From a phage: a DNA stretch of 64,000 bases. Both the position numbers and the translations under genes were made by a program. This document shows positions 1 to 8,710 of this stretch, piece by piece; position 1 is the first letter of the stretch; every line of letters begins with the position of its first letter. The notes beneath the pieces were generated by a model, which saw only the letters and a list, made by a program, of their open reading frames with translations, was not told where the DNA came from and did no database searches. The DNA lies in the sequence record PZ445527.1; one strand, given 5' to 3'.

Positions 1-37
1 TTCCTCGATTAATAATTCATTTACTTTCTCTCTCATA

Positions 38-241
38 TTAGATACTCTCACAACTAAGGTGGAAACATTCGTAAGCATCCCCAGTAAACTCTTTATCTTG
101 TAATAAACACTTAGCCTGGTCTTCCGGTACTCCAGCATCTAATAATTGTTGTTTACTTGGCTTTTCAGCAAATACCTTTACAAAATACTCGCCATCCTGA
201 TTATACTCATTTATATCTCTAGTAAGGACATATACTTGCAT
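38..241 (-). CDS. hypothetical protein (67 aa)
   Basis: ORF on the transcribed minus strand with an ATG start; no recognisable motif. Confidence 0.5.
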   Translation of the reverse strand: MQVYVLTRDINEYNQDGEYFVKVFAEKPSKQQLLDAGVPEDQAKCLLQDKEFTGDAYECFHLSCESI

Positions 242-258
242 TTAAAGTTCCTTGAAAA

Positions 259-290
259 CATAAAAGGCCAGAACAATTAAGTCCTGGCCT
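259..290 (-). terminator. rho-independent terminator
   Basis: Minus strand GGCCAG-12 nt-CTGGCC hairpin followed by TTTTAT, just after the stop of the 298.. ORF. Confidence 0.6.
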
Positions 291-297
291 CCTAAAA

Positions 298-669
298 TTA
301 ATGAAGTTGTTTACCACTTCTTAACATAGTGGCCGTTTCCATAAGACCTAGCGTAGCATCACGCTTATTGATCTGTTTACCAAGTTCATCAGTACGTTTA
401 CTGATGTAAGCATTAATAGCCATATTCATAGCTGTAGCGAGATCTTCTTTGGTTATCTCTTCATCGTCTAAAGCTAATTTAGCCAAAGAATCAAATGTGC
501 TAGAGAGTCCTATAAGATCTGAGGTTTCTCCAGCCAAAATAGGATTAATATTATCTACTGTTACTTCTAGCATGGAGTTGACAATATCTTCACCGTCTAT
601 TAGACCAGTTTCAATATTACTCTCCCACTCCTTCATCTGCTCCAATAATGGATTTTTCTTTTCTGTCAT
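298..669 (-). CDS. hypothetical protein (about 123 aa; the ORF is open to 735)
   Basis: Track ORF 298..735. The internal ATG at 669 (MTEKKNPLLEQ) reduces overlap with the upstream ORF. Acidic helical protein. Confidence 0.5.
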   Translation of the reverse strand: MTEKKNPLLEQMKEWESNIETGLIDGEDIVNSMLEVTVDNINPILAGETSDLIGLSSTFDSLAKLALDDEEITKEDLATAMNMAINAYISKRTDELGKQINKRDATLGLMETATMLRSGKQLH

Positions 670-1078
670 GGTAGAGGTTTCCTGTGTCAGTCGGTAAGAA
701 GGATGATTGCGTTTTAGGTGGATGTTGCTTAGCAATCCAGTTAAGAATCAGCACGCGACTAGGAACAATATCGGTGTTATACCAAAAATCGTGAACCCAT
801 TGACGAGCGTCTTCAAACTTACCAAATTTATATGCTTTCTTAAACAATTCAAATCCAAAACAATCTGGTGTAAAGTCTACTTCGCGATATTGAATTACTT
901 TAGAACCAGTTAGGTCTTGGATCGCTGCATTAATTTCTGTATGTGAGAATTTTGTTTCATGAAACTTATTAAAGAATCGGTAGTTGAAGCGTCCGTTCGT
1001 TTCGACAAACAACTGGATGAAAAGATCGTTAAATTGGTTATCAAACCAGTAATTCTGTAGTTGTTGTAGTGCTGTCAT
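617..1078 (-). CDS. hypothetical protein (153 aa)
   Basis: Minus-strand ORF with an ATGA-type junction to the upstream gene. The C-terminal tail overlaps the next ORF. Confidence 0.5.
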   Translation of the reverse strand: MTALQQLQNYWFDNQFNDLFIQLFVETNGRFNYRFFNKFHETKFSHTEINAAIQDLTGSKVIQYREVDFTPDCFGFELFKKAYKFGKFEDARQWVHDFWYNTDIVPSRVLILNWIAKQHPPKTQSSFLPTDTGNLYHDRKEKSIIGADEGVGE

Positions 1079-1275
1079 TTACGAACCCCGTTAATCGCCA
1101 TAATGATGCCTTCGTACATAAAAGGAAGTAGCCCAGAAGTATAGAATATACTTTCCGTTATTCCTAGATGTCGAAAAAGTACATTAAATAACGCTGTTAG
1201 AAATACAATCTGAGGCAATAATACAAAATACTCAGTTACAATCTTTGGTGCCTGATAAACAAGACGTTTTATCAT
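1075..1275 (-). CDS. small membrane protein (66 aa)
   Basis: Minus-strand ORF with two hydrophobic segments and AAGGAG upstream. Confidence 0.5.
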   Translation of the reverse strand: MIKRLVYQAPKIVTEYFVLLPQIVFLTALFNVLFRHLGITESIFYTSGLLPFMYEGIIMAINGVRK

Positions 1276-1378
1276 TGTTTTTAAGTCTCCTTATTACTTT
1301 GGCCTGCTCCACAATAATGAAAACTGCGAGCACTAATAGTGCTATTAGCCCCGCAGTAATTGGTACTAAATCAATCAT
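1232..1378 (-). CDS. possible small single-pass membrane protein (48 aa, not in the ORF track)
   Basis: ATGA overlap with the stop of ORF 1375..1719. Sequence MIDLVPITAGLIALLVLAVFIIVEQ is one TM helix. Confidence 0.3.
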   Translation of the reverse strand: MIDLVPITAGLIALLVLAVFIIVEQAKVIRRLKNNDKTSCLSGTKDCN

Positions 1379-1719
1379 GGGAGACGCCATACGTAATTAG
1401 CTGTCTGTAGGACCATAGGAGTACCATTATGGTGCATTACTACAGACGTTGGAGAGTAACTATTCGCCAGTTCTGTACGAACCATCTCACGTTCTTCTCC
1501 AGTTTCAATATTTTTAACAACCACCTTCATTTTGAGAGGTGTCAGTTCAGAGAGCGGTTTCCAAGAGTCCTCAATTTCAATTCCTACCTTTTTCTCAATT
1601 AACATGAGAACTTCTAGTGTATCATCTGGAATACTAATATTATTATTTACAAACTGTAACAGCTCATGCAAAGTATTTAATTCGTTGAAATTAAGTTTCA
1701 TCTTTAAGAATATCCTCAA
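1375..1719 (-). CDS. hypothetical protein (114 aa)
   Basis: Minus-strand ORF in a tightly packed gene chain. Confidence 0.55.
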   Translation of the reverse strand: MRIFLKMKLNFNELNTLHELLQFVNNNISIPDDTLEVLMLIEKKVGIEIEDSWKPLSELTPLKMKVVVKNIETGEEREMVRTELANSYSPTSVVMHHNGTPMVLQTANYVWRLP

Positions 1720-1936
1720 TCATATCACAGGACTGTTGCAATTCGTCAGCAATGCGCTTAACATCGGTCTTCGTCACTTTACCGATTAACATCACTAGTA
1801 GCATAGAAAATATAACAAGGGGAACTGGAATAACAAATAATGCTACCTTAACTACATTCTTTGGTGCCCATGTATGGTATTTAGTAACTAGAACTCCCAC
1901 CACGATTAGATAAAATGCTAGAATAAACATCATCAT
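1691..1936 (-). CDS. small membrane protein (81 aa)
   Basis: Minus-strand ORF with two predicted TM helices and an overlapping junction. Confidence 0.5.
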   Translation of the reverse strand: MMMFILAFYLIVVGVLVTKYHTWAPKNVVKVALFVIPVPLVIFSMLLVMLIGKVTKTDVKRIADELQQSCDMIEDILKDET

Positions 1937-2214
1937 TTTTTAATCTCCGTAATTATCTGTGCACGCATTACTTTATTAGGTAATTTTGTATTCCCAGCTA
2001 TTGCTTCAATATTATTTAGTTTTTCTTTAAGAATATCTGAGCGTCTTTGTGCTAATTCAATATCTTGCTCTTGCTCTAGTAACCGGTGGTGTAGCCCATC
2101 ATTAGTAATGAGCATACTTTCCATGTTTTTTCGTGCGTTTACAATCCCAATAACTCCACCAATCGCTACTAGCGTAGTAAGAACCAGTAACCCAATAAGA
2201 ATTTCAATCAACAT
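1933..2214 (-). CDS. membrane-anchored coiled-coil protein (93 aa)
   Basis: N-terminal TM helix (LIEILIGLLVLTTLVAIGGVIGI) followed by a helical domain. ATGA overlap with the downstream ORF. Confidence 0.55.
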   Translation of the reverse strand: MLIEILIGLLVLTTLVAIGGVIGIVNARKNMESMLITNDGLHHRLLEQEQDIELAQRRSDILKEKLNNIEAIAGNTKLPNKVMRAQIITEIKK

Positions 2215-2378
2215 TAAATGTCCTTACATTTTTCATTGTTTGGAACTAGTTTACACATCTCCACATTTAACTCGTGGATAGAATTGTCTAGTTCTTCTAA
2301 ACGTGTGTGAAGAAAAACTATACTATATATTAACACTCCTAAAAGGAGTGACAGCATAAAAATGGATAGTCTTTCCAT
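2214..2378 (-). CDS. small membrane protein (54 aa, not in the ORF track)
   Basis: TAATG junctions at both ends. Sequence MERLSIFMLSLLLGVLIYSIVFL is a TM helix. Confidence 0.4.
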   Translation of the reverse strand: MERLSIFMLSLLLGVLIYSIVFLHTRLEELDNSIHELNVEMCKLVPNNEKCKDI

Positions 2379-2656
2379 TATTTCTTACCTTTCAGTTGTT
2401 TAACTTCACGCTCAAAGCTAGCTGCACGGCGTTCTGCCACTGCTTGATGCTCCTTAGCAAAGCGTGCCTCTTGTTTTGCTAAGTTAAAGGCCATAGCGTT
2501 CTTGTTAAGAGAATCATACATCTTCTTCATCGCCGGAATAGACATTTTCATCAGTTGCCCCTCAAATCCTTGCATGTCGAGGAGAATTGCTAATACATTG
2601 GCCATTTCAGTCTTGGTAAGGTTAGAGGCGTCGAAGTCTTTAGTCATGTTTTCCAT
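2378..2656 (-). CDS. hypothetical protein (92 aa)
   Basis: Track ORF 2378..2674. The first ATG lies in the conserved promoter leader, so ATG 2656 after GAGAGAGGAAA is the likely start. Confidence 0.55.
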   Translation of the reverse strand: MENMTKDFDASNLTKTEMANVLAILLDMQGFEGQLMKMSIPAMKKMYDSLNKNAMAFNLAKQEARFAKEHQAVAERRAASFEREVKQLKGKK

Positions 2657-2688
2657 TAGAATTTCCTCTCTCATTAATTTATGAACTT

Positions 2689-2717
2689 ATTATACAGAAT
2701 TTTGAGGTTTAAAGCAA
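2689..2717 (-). promoter_or_regulatory. T5-type early sigma70 promoter (TTGCTT-17-TATAAT)
   Basis: Exact hexamers and 17-nt spacer read on the minus strand, followed by the conserved AT-rich leader and RBS. Confidence 0.75.
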
Positions 2718-2734
2718 CTGAATTTTTTAATTAC

Positions 2735-3166
2735 TTACCAATCGTTAACAACACCAGAGAACTCAGAAGCAAAAACTTTCTCAAATTTTTCTGCAATTTC
2801 AGGATGATCCTTACAGATCAACTCAATACATGCTTCTGGAGTCATTCCTTCGTCTTCAGGATCACCATAATACTTGTCCCAAAGATCGTCAGGGATGATG
2901 TGCTCTGCCAAATCTTGGAAAGAGATTAGCTGATAACGTTCTGCTTCCTCAGGGATAAGGATTTCACAAAGATCTTTATCTATATCACTACGGTAATCAG
3001 CAATTAGCAGGGCATTGCAAGCATGACACTCCCAAACCATCAAGCGTTCAGAAATAGAATTAGACTTATCCTGAATGTAGGACTGAAACAGGGTTCGAAA
3101 AGTAGCTTTAACTTGTTCAAACTTATCTGCTGCTGCAAAAACTAGAGCTTTATCAACTTTGTTCAT
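2735..3166 (-). CDS. hypothetical protein (143 aa)
   Basis: First ORF after promoter 3197..3225, with RBS GAGAAGGAAA. Confidence 0.6.
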   Translation of the reverse strand: MNKVDKALVFAAADKFEQVKATFRTLFQSYIQDKSNSISERLMVWECHACNALLIADYRSDIDKDLCEILIPEEAERYQLISFQDLAEHIIPDDLWDKYYGDPEDEGMTPEACIELICKDHPEIAEKFEKVFASEFSGVVNDW

Positions 3167-3196
3167 TTTGTTTCCTTCTCATCAATTTATAAAGTA

Positions 3197-3225
3197 ATTA
3201 TACAGAAACTTAGGCATTTTAGCAA
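3197..3225 (-). promoter_or_regulatory. T5-type early promoter (TTGCTA-17-TATAAT)
   Basis: Hexamers and spacer read directly; leader is TTATAAATTGATGAG. Confidence 0.75.
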
Positions 3226-3341
3226 ATAAAACTTTTAATTAAAATGCCTAATCCTGTACTAATAGCAATACAAATGATTATAAGTATTGCTACTGCTTGT
3301 ATGACTCGTTTAATGATAACCTCAGCTATATACTTAGACAT
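3219..3341 (-). CDS. possible small membrane protein (40 aa, not in the ORF track)
   Basis: MSKYIAEVIIKRVIQAVAILIIICIAISTGLGILIK has one TM helix. It overlaps the end of the phosphoesterase gene by 8 nt. Confidence 0.3.
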   Translation of the reverse strand: MSKYIAEVIIKRVIQAVAILIIICIAISTGLGILIKSFIC

Positions 3342-3855
3342 TTAACATCCAGCTAGTTTTATCATGGGAAGTATACTTACCACTCATGATGTCTTCCAGG
3401 CGTACTGGTGATTTTGCATACTCTACACAAACGTTAATATAACGAGGGTCTCCCATTAACTCAAAGTGAGTATGCCCATGTAAGTTCTTTTTACCCCTCA
3501 GCTCCTCTGGATGTACTGGAGCATGGGAAAGCCAAAAGTTTTTATACTTAACTAGGGATTGTACATTATCTACTACTCCTACTAAGTCTTTGAAAGATAA
3601 CCCTTCTCGTTCTAAGTCGTGGTTCCCCAAAACTAATATAGTTCTAACATTGCTAAAGAGTTTTTCGAACTTTTCCAAACCATTTCTAGATACAAATGCA
3701 TCTCCTAAAATATAAAATACTGTACGCTTATCTTTCATGGATGTAATAGTATCCATAATAAATTCATCATGCTCTTCCATAGTAGAGAAGATTGGTCTGA
3801 ATTTAGTAATATTTGCATGTCCTAAATGGAGATCACTCCAAAAGCAAACTTTCAT
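3334..3855 (-). CDS. calcineurin-like metallophosphoesterase (173 aa)
   Basis: Metallophosphatase motifs SDLHLGH, GDAF, GNHD and GHTH in the canonical order. Confidence 0.8.
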   Translation of the reverse strand: MKVCFWSDLHLGHANITKFRPIFSTMEEHDEFIMDTITSMKDKRTVFYILGDAFVSRNGLEKFEKLFSNVRTILVLGNHDLEREGLSFKDLVGVVDNVQSLVKYKNFWLSHAPVHPEELRGKKNLHGHTHFELMGDPRYINVCVEYAKSPVRLEDIMSGKYTSHDKTSWMLNV

Positions 3856-4730
3856 TAAAGGATCCTCTGTACACCACAGCTATTATTTTTGTCAGTGGTA
3901 AATGCTGTGATTTTGCCAGTTTCATCATTAACCTGCGCAACCGTCAACTGCCCGTTGAAAACACCGCCAGTATCAAGATAAACACGGTTTTTATAAAGAA
4001 GTGGGTAAGGTACTCCAGTATGCCCGTGAAACACGAAATCTATCCCTTTAACTTCTGGCACTTCCACCATATATTCTTCTTTAAATCCTGCATAACGCTG
4101 GAAATAGGGGTGTTCCTCAACATTTTTAGACAAGTGGAAGCCTATTTCTTGGATTACATCTCGATCCCATAAATATGGTTCAACATGGTATCCAGGAGGG
4201 TCATGTGGGTCTTCCTTAGCTGCTTCTACTTGTGCAATAAGGTTATCCCATACTGGGGTTTCAACTTCGTTACCACATTCTTTGTACATAAAAGGTACAC
4301 CACCATGAACAACACCATATTTCTTGCCACGATGTTTAACAGTTAGGAATACTGGCATTTTTTCAGCCATGTCTTCGGCAATATTTTTAATGGTATCTGC
4401 ATCTAGTTCATTCATAGCCCACATACCACCGTTATACATCCAGTTAGCCCAATCTCCTACAATCATAAACTGGTCATGATTTCCACGAACGCTACAGAAA
4501 CGTGGATTATACAGGAATTTGGCTAAAACTTGTAGGTTCTGCGTGCCTCGATCAATTAAATCTCCCACGCATACAACGCAATCTTTCTTGCCGTTATAGC
4601 CAGCTAATTGTAGTGCATCTTCTAGCAAATCGTTGCATCCATGAATATCACCAACAAAGAATAAGTTAACATCATCAGGTACTACTAGTGTTTTATGTAC
4701 ATTAAATTCTTTTTTCATAATTATTCCCAA
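3855..4730 (-). CDS. serine/threonine protein phosphatase (PPP / lambda-phosphatase family)
   Basis: Motifs GDIHG, GDLIDRG and GNHD. The start may be ATG 4718 rather than 4730. Confidence 0.8.
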   Translation of the reverse strand: MGIIMKKEFNVHKTLVVPDDVNLFFVGDIHGCNDLLEDALQLAGYNGKKDCVVCVGDLIDRGTQNLQVLAKFLYNPRFCSVRGNHDQFMIVGDWANWMYNGGMWAMNELDADTIKNIAEDMAEKMPVFLTVKHRGKKYGVVHGGVPFMYKECGNEVETPVWDNLIAQVEAAKEDPHDPPGYHVEPYLWDRDVIQEIGFHLSKNVEEHPYFQRYAGFKEEYMVEVPEVKGIDFVFHGHTGVPYPLLYKNRVYLDTGGVFNGQLTVAQVNDETGKITAFTTDKNNSCGVQRIL

Positions 4731-4966
4731 ATAACATTTAAAATAGTTGTACCATAGTTATTCGATAGTTTGAGAGTATAACCCTCTTTATTGAGGGCTT
4801 TTATAGCCTCATAACTAATTTCGTCACGATTAAGCTGTACAAAGGAACCTCCAATCTCGACAGAAGATACTATCCTCCGCTTAACCCATCTATACGTTTT
4901 CTTTCGGCTCTTAAGGAGTGCAGCTCTATTAACCCTAGCTAAATGTTTTGCTTGCTCTGCTAACAT
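4721..4966 (-). CDS. hypothetical protein (81 aa)
   Basis: First ORF after promoter 4994..5022, with RBS TAGGAGG. Confidence 0.6.
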   Translation of the reverse strand: MLAEQAKHLARVNRAALLKSRKKTYRWVKRRIVSSVEIGGSFVQLNRDEISYEAIKALNKEGYTLKLSNNYGTTILNVIWE

Positions 4967-4993
4967 TTAATCCTCCTATCAATCTATATAAAT

Positions 4994-5022
4994 ATTATAC
5001 CAAAATTTTTAGCAAAAAGCAA
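4994..5022 (-). promoter_or_regulatory. T5-type early promoter (TTGCTT-17-TATAAT)
   Basis: Hexamers and 17-nt spacer read directly. Confidence 0.7.
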
Positions 5023-5023
5023 G

Positions 5024-5057
5024 TAAAATAAAAGCCTGATCCGCTAAGATCAGGCTT
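5024..5057 (-). terminator. rho-independent terminator
   Basis: AAGCCTGATC-6 nt-GATCAGGCTT stem followed by TTTATTTT on the minus strand, after the thioredoxin-like gene. Confidence 0.75.
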
Positions 5058-5063
5058 GGTTTA

Positions 5064-5360
5064 TTAATCCTCTGGATTATCATCCAGGAAATTTTTAATA
5101 GCTTCGTGCATAGTTTCCTTACGAAGCTGACGTCCAATCAAAATATGGTTAGCTTCTACTCGACCATTAGGTAAGCGATCTGCCAGAACTACTACAGGTA
5201 CTTGACGTACACCAAATTTCTGCATTAATTCTGTATTATCAGTCTCTTTATGGACTTCCAAGTTATAGTCATTGACTACTTTATCAAATACTGGCTCGAA
5301 AAGAGCACAAGGACGACACGTGGAACCTTTTAATAAATAAATAATTTTGCTCATATACAC
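5064..5360 (-). CDS. thioredoxin/glutaredoxin-fold protein (98 aa)
   Basis: CxxC redox motif (CRPC) near the N-terminus, of thioredoxin-fold size. Confidence 0.6.
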   Translation of the reverse strand: MYMSKIIYLLKGSTCRPCALFEPVFDKVVNDYNLEVHKETDNTELMQKFGVRQVPVVVLADRLPNGRVEANHILIGRQLRKETMHEAIKNFLDDNPED

Positions 5361-5367
5361 TCCTATT

Positions 5368-5907
5368 TTACTTGTTAAGCTCTTCTAAATCTGGTATATA
5401 TCCAAGAAACTCCTCAATTAAAGCGTACTCCCCAGCAATCTCCTGTCTAGACTTATTCGCTAAGTCTACTGCCAGAGCTAAGTCTTCATAATTGAAGGTT
5501 CCTTTCATACGTTTTCGGCCTGTTTCATCCGTAATTTGAACTCTCCATTTCTGCCTATCTTTAGCCCACATAACATTTGCATATCCAGATTTGGACTTTC
5601 TATGCTTCTTATTACGACAATTTTGTGGTTTAGATGCAGAACGTAAGTTTTTCCATCGGTTATTTTGTGGATTTCTATCTATGTGATCCACAAATTCAGG
5701 TATATATCCTTCCATATATAGGAAGGCCCATCTATGGGCTCCCTGCCTCTCCCCTTCCACCATTATCATTATGTAATCATTGTTATATAGAGTTCCAGCT
5801 TCCATTCCCCTCTTTACATACTGATTATTACCATCTATCTTCCAGGTAAATATCCCGGTTTCTGGATTATATTCTAGTAATTCTTTTAGTCTTTCTTGAG
5901 TGATCAC
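5368..5907 (-). CDS. HNH homing endonuclease (MITQERLKEL family, copy 1)
   Basis: GTG start. HNH_3-like DHIDRNPQNNRWKNLR followed by an AP2-like DNA-binding half. Paralogous to 29152..29694 and 55085..55615. Confidence 0.8.
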   Translation of the reverse strand: MITQERLKELLEYNPETGIFTWKIDGNNQYVKRGMEAGTLYNNDYIMIMVEGERQGAHRWAFLYMEGYIPEFVDHIDRNPQNNRWKNLRSASKPQNCRNKKHRKSKSGYANVMWAKDRQKWRVQITDETGRKRMKGTFNYEDLALAVDLANKSRQEIAGEYALIEEFLGYIPDLEELNK

Positions 5908-6308
5908 AATTTATTAATGGCCTCTAAGAAGTTTTTCATGCACTTAACAGTTGCGGTGCTGAGGTCTAGAGTAGTTCCTAAACATTCTGTTAATGCTGCC
6001 TGGTAAGGCGCTTTTAAACGCCCTTCAGGGACTTCTACCTTTTTGTAGGTTTTATTCTTTACTTTATCTAGCATAGCTTCAAGAACATTGAGAGGCAACT
6101 TCGCACCCTCAATATTCACACCAAGCATTTCGGTCAGCATGTTATTAAGATCAATACGAGTAAGTTTCTTGCCTTTAGACATAGTAGTTCCTGCCTTCTT
6201 CTCAAGTTTTTTACGCTCTGGTGAATCGAGGTCACGTAATGCGATGTTCAACTCATATGGAGCCATGTTATAATGTTCCGCCATTTGAGTGTAGAAACGA
6301 TCAGACAT
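5904..6308 (-). CDS. hypothetical protein (134 aa)
   Basis: First ORF after promoter 6342..6370, with RBS AAGAGAGG. Confidence 0.6.
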   Translation of the reverse strand: MSDRFYTQMAEHYNMAPYELNIALRDLDSPERKKLEKKAGTTMSKGKKLTRIDLNNMLTEMLGVNIEGAKLPLNVLEAMLDKVKNKTYKKVEVPEGRLKAPYQAALTECLGTTLDLSTATVKCMKNFLEAINKL

Positions 6309-6341
6309 AGTATATACCTCTCTTAACTAATTTATGTATAT

Positions 6342-6370
6342 ATTATATAATAACTAGGGCTAAAAGTCAA
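6342..6370 (-). promoter_or_regulatory. T5-type early promoter (TTGACT-17-TATAAT)
   Basis: Hexamers and 17-nt spacer read directly. Confidence 0.7.
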
Positions 6371-6383
6371 CTACTTTTTTATC

Positions 6384-6800
6384 TTAATCTACTGCATGTA
6401 TAAATCTTTTCCTAACTAGATACATAGTTATTGGGTAAATTGAGTACATAAGTATAGGGGAGAAAAGGGTGAAATACGCTGTAACTCCCCCAGCTAACAT
6501 CAAAGGTATTAATGCTAGAGTAAGGGCCATAAGAATCATACCGAATGAAACAGCCAAAGCTATGGATATAGGATTCTCTAGTTCCATCCATAACCAACAA
6601 TATTTCGTATCTCTGTGGCAATTGCATTTACAAACGCCGAATAAACCCATAATTATATACTCTAGTCCGTGAATAACCTTTATTAATAAGCTATTTCGGG
6701 TAGTTAATGCAATGATAGTAAAGACTATCATTAAAACGAATACTACTAGACTTATTTTCCAAATACCTAGCAGCATCATAGTGAATAGTTCTGCAAACAT
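6384..6800 (-). CDS. multi-pass membrane protein (138 aa)
   Basis: Four hydrophobic segments. The competing overlapping ORFs are short and low in complexity. Confidence 0.55.
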   Translation of the reverse strand: MFAELFTMMLLGIWKISLVVFVLMIVFTIIALTTRNSLLIKVIHGLEYIIMGLFGVCKCNCHRDTKYCWLWMELENPISIALAVSFGMILMALTLALIPLMLAGGVTAYFTLFSPILMYSIYPITMYLVRKRFIHAVD

Positions 6801-6842
6801 GGCTTTCTCCTATCTTCAAAAGTTATTAAAGCCCCCTTTGCC

Positions 6843-6867
6843 TAAAAAGGCGGGAGTATTCCCGCCG
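6843..6867 (-). terminator. rho-independent terminator
   Basis: GGCGGGA-4 nt-TCCCGCC stem followed by TTTTT on the minus strand, after the endolysin gene. Confidence 0.8.
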
Positions 6868-6875
6868 TATCTTAC

Positions 6876-7289
6876 TTAAATCAATTCTATATGTGGGCCA
6901 TCAAAAGTACCACGTTGGATTTCATCCTTATAACTTCCGTTCTGGTTCCAATCACCACCCCATCTAATCTTTACCCCTAGCTCTTCTGCTGCCTTAAAGA
7001 AGGCATCTGCCACTAATTTGAATGATTCTAAATCATTCCAATCAATCTTCCCATTTTTAAGAGGAGCAAAGTCAACGGCCAGCCCTTGTACGTGTTTTGA
7101 CTTGCTCGGGTCTTTTAAAAACGAGGTTCCATTCTTAATATTTTGGGCGCTTTGTTCTAAGGAACGTAATCCTTCTGTAATTGTAAAATCATATGGGCTT
7201 AATTCTAAAGCTCTATGAGTTACTCTTACTAAATCTGGATGAACACCCTTTAATCTATCTAAACTTCTTTTACTAAATTTAAAACTCAT
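6876..7289 (-). CDS. lys: endolysin, L-alanyl-D-glutamate peptidase (M15 family; T5 Lys type)
   Basis: The 137-aa sequence MSFKFSKRSLDRLKGVHPDL...HVQGLAVDF...DGPHIELI is recognised as the T5 endolysin, with Zn ligands H..D..H. Confidence 0.92.
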   Translation of the reverse strand: MSFKFSKRSLDRLKGVHPDLVRVTHRALELSPYDFTITEGLRSLEQSAQNIKNGTSFLKDPSKSKHVQGLAVDFAPLKNGKIDWNDLESFKLVADAFFKAAEELGVKIRWGGDWNQNGSYKDEIQRGTFDGPHIELI

Positions 7290-7942
7290 ATTGACCTACC
7301 TAAAGACCTCTGTTGTGGGGAACAGAGCTTTGCTAAATATTCCTTGAACTGTTCAGAATCAGCTGTATCTACCGGATTATCTTTCCAAGCAATACCAATG
7401 TACCCAGCATAGATATTTTTTAGATTGAAGTATGGACAAGTGTATATGTAATTAAAAGTAATGTTTTTAAACGCAGGTATATTTAACCCCATATATTTAT
7501 TTACTCTTACACTTAAATCCGATGCGTAGTTAAAGCCCTCTAAATGACGTCTGTATAATTCAGACGTTTTATTTACCGCTTTATCGGCCAAGTCAGCCCT
7601 ATCTAATTGCGCATTACTTTCCCATGCAATAATATTGGAATAATCATTGATAGCATCTGGTTTATACTTGACTACAAAAACAGCATCTGCACCCGTCTGA
7701 GAGAAGAGAACCATGCTCTTTTCCCTCGCCACATTAGGGAAGTTATCTATCCTCTGGGTTTGTAAATCCTGTAAAACTGCAGACGTGGAAAAAGTCTTTA
7801 AGAATGACATCACTTCACTAGTATTACTAACGAATAAGAAAATAATGACAGCAACTAAGATAGTTAGCAGACGTTTAAGAAGCGATGCTGGGTCTTTCGC
7901 TTCTTGGAGCAGTACTGTTAATAATTGTAAGAACTTTTCCAA
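7286..7942 (-). CDS. hol: holin (218 aa from a TTG start)
   Basis: The track ORF runs to 7996 but would cover its own promoter. GGAGG plus 7 nt plus TTG at 7942 gives 218 aa with an N-terminal TM helix. ATGA overlap with lys. Confidence 0.75.
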   Translation of the reverse strand: MEKFLQLLTVLLQEAKDPASLLKRLLTILVAVIIFLFVSNTSEVMSFLKTFSTSAVLQDLQTQRIDNFPNVAREKSMVLFSQTGADAVFVVKYKPDAINDYSNIIAWESNAQLDRADLADKAVNKTSELYRRHLEGFNYASDLSVRVNKYMGLNIPAFKNITFNYIYTCPYFNLKNIYAGYIGIAWKDNPVDTADSEQFKEYLAKLCSPQQRSLGRSI

Positions 7943-7967
7943 TTTGTAACCTCCTCTAACCAGTACC

Positions 7968-7996
7968 ATTATACTAATTTTGGAGGAAAATTTCAA
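7968..7996 (-). promoter_or_regulatory. sigma70 promoter of the holin-endolysin operon (TTGAAA-17-TATAAT)
   Basis: Hexamers and 17-nt spacer read directly, immediately upstream of the GGAGG RBS. Confidence 0.7.
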
Positions 7997-8057
7997 TGGG
8001 TTTTTAAATGTTATACTTGGAGCACAAAATTATGTCGTTGTCAAGAAGAATTTTAGA

Positions 8058-8090
8058 TAAAAGAAAAGCCAGGGTACTTAACCCTGGCTT
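8058..8090 (-). terminator. rho-independent terminator
   Basis: AGCCAGGGT-5 nt-ACCCTGGCT stem followed by TTTTCTTTT on the minus strand. Confidence 0.8.
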
Positions 8091-8098
8091 AAAATTAC

Positions 8099-8698
8099 TT
8101 ACTCTTCGTTGCGCTCCTCGGATTGAGGTAACTGCGCTTTATTATATTGCTCAGATCGATATTTTGCCAAGATTTCAATACGTTTATGGATTTCCTTGCT
8201 ATCTAGATAGATATTTTTGTTGTCTTTTACCATCTCGTCGATTTCATCTATTGAGAAGAACGGATAGTAGACATCTAGCATCATATCTTCTACGAACTTG
8301 TTGTAAGATTCATAGGCTTTCTTGATTTCTTGACCTTTCTCACAGAACCCGCCAGAGAACGTGTGTCCCATTAGCGTAGCATGTGGATGTACTACCCATC
8401 CATGACAAGATAGGAAAATTGTGCAGTAAGCAGAAGCACTAGGACCAATCAGGTGTCCTATAACTGTTCCACGGCAATTAGCAATTAAGTTAGATAACTG
8501 TGCAGCGGTATCAACATAGCCACCAGGGCCATTAATCATCAGATTAATTTCATCGTCCTCATTTGCCTGCATAAGTACCATTGATAAATCACGGTATTCA
8601 TCCGGCGGACCAAGTTCTTCATCAAAGAAAAAGGTATACTCGTTAGATTGGCGAATAGAGTGGAACAGGTTAGTCTTTTCTTCTTTTTTATTAGTCAT
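8099..8698 (-). CDS. ClpP-like serine protease (199 aa)
   Basis: ClpP/crotonase-like block INLMINGPGGYVDTAAQLSNLI with downstream Ser and His segments. Confidence 0.6.
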   Translation of the reverse strand: MTNKKEEKTNLFHSIRQSNEYTFFFDEELGPPDEYRDLSMVLMQANEDDEINLMINGPGGYVDTAAQLSNLIANCRGTVIGHLIGPSASAYCTIFLSCHGWVVHPHATLMGHTFSGGFCEKGQEIKKAYESYNKFVEDMMLDVYYPFFSIDEIDEMVKDNKNIYLDSKEIHKRIEILAKYRSEQYNKAQLPQSEERNEE

Positions 8699-8710
8699 AG
8701 CGATCCTTGA

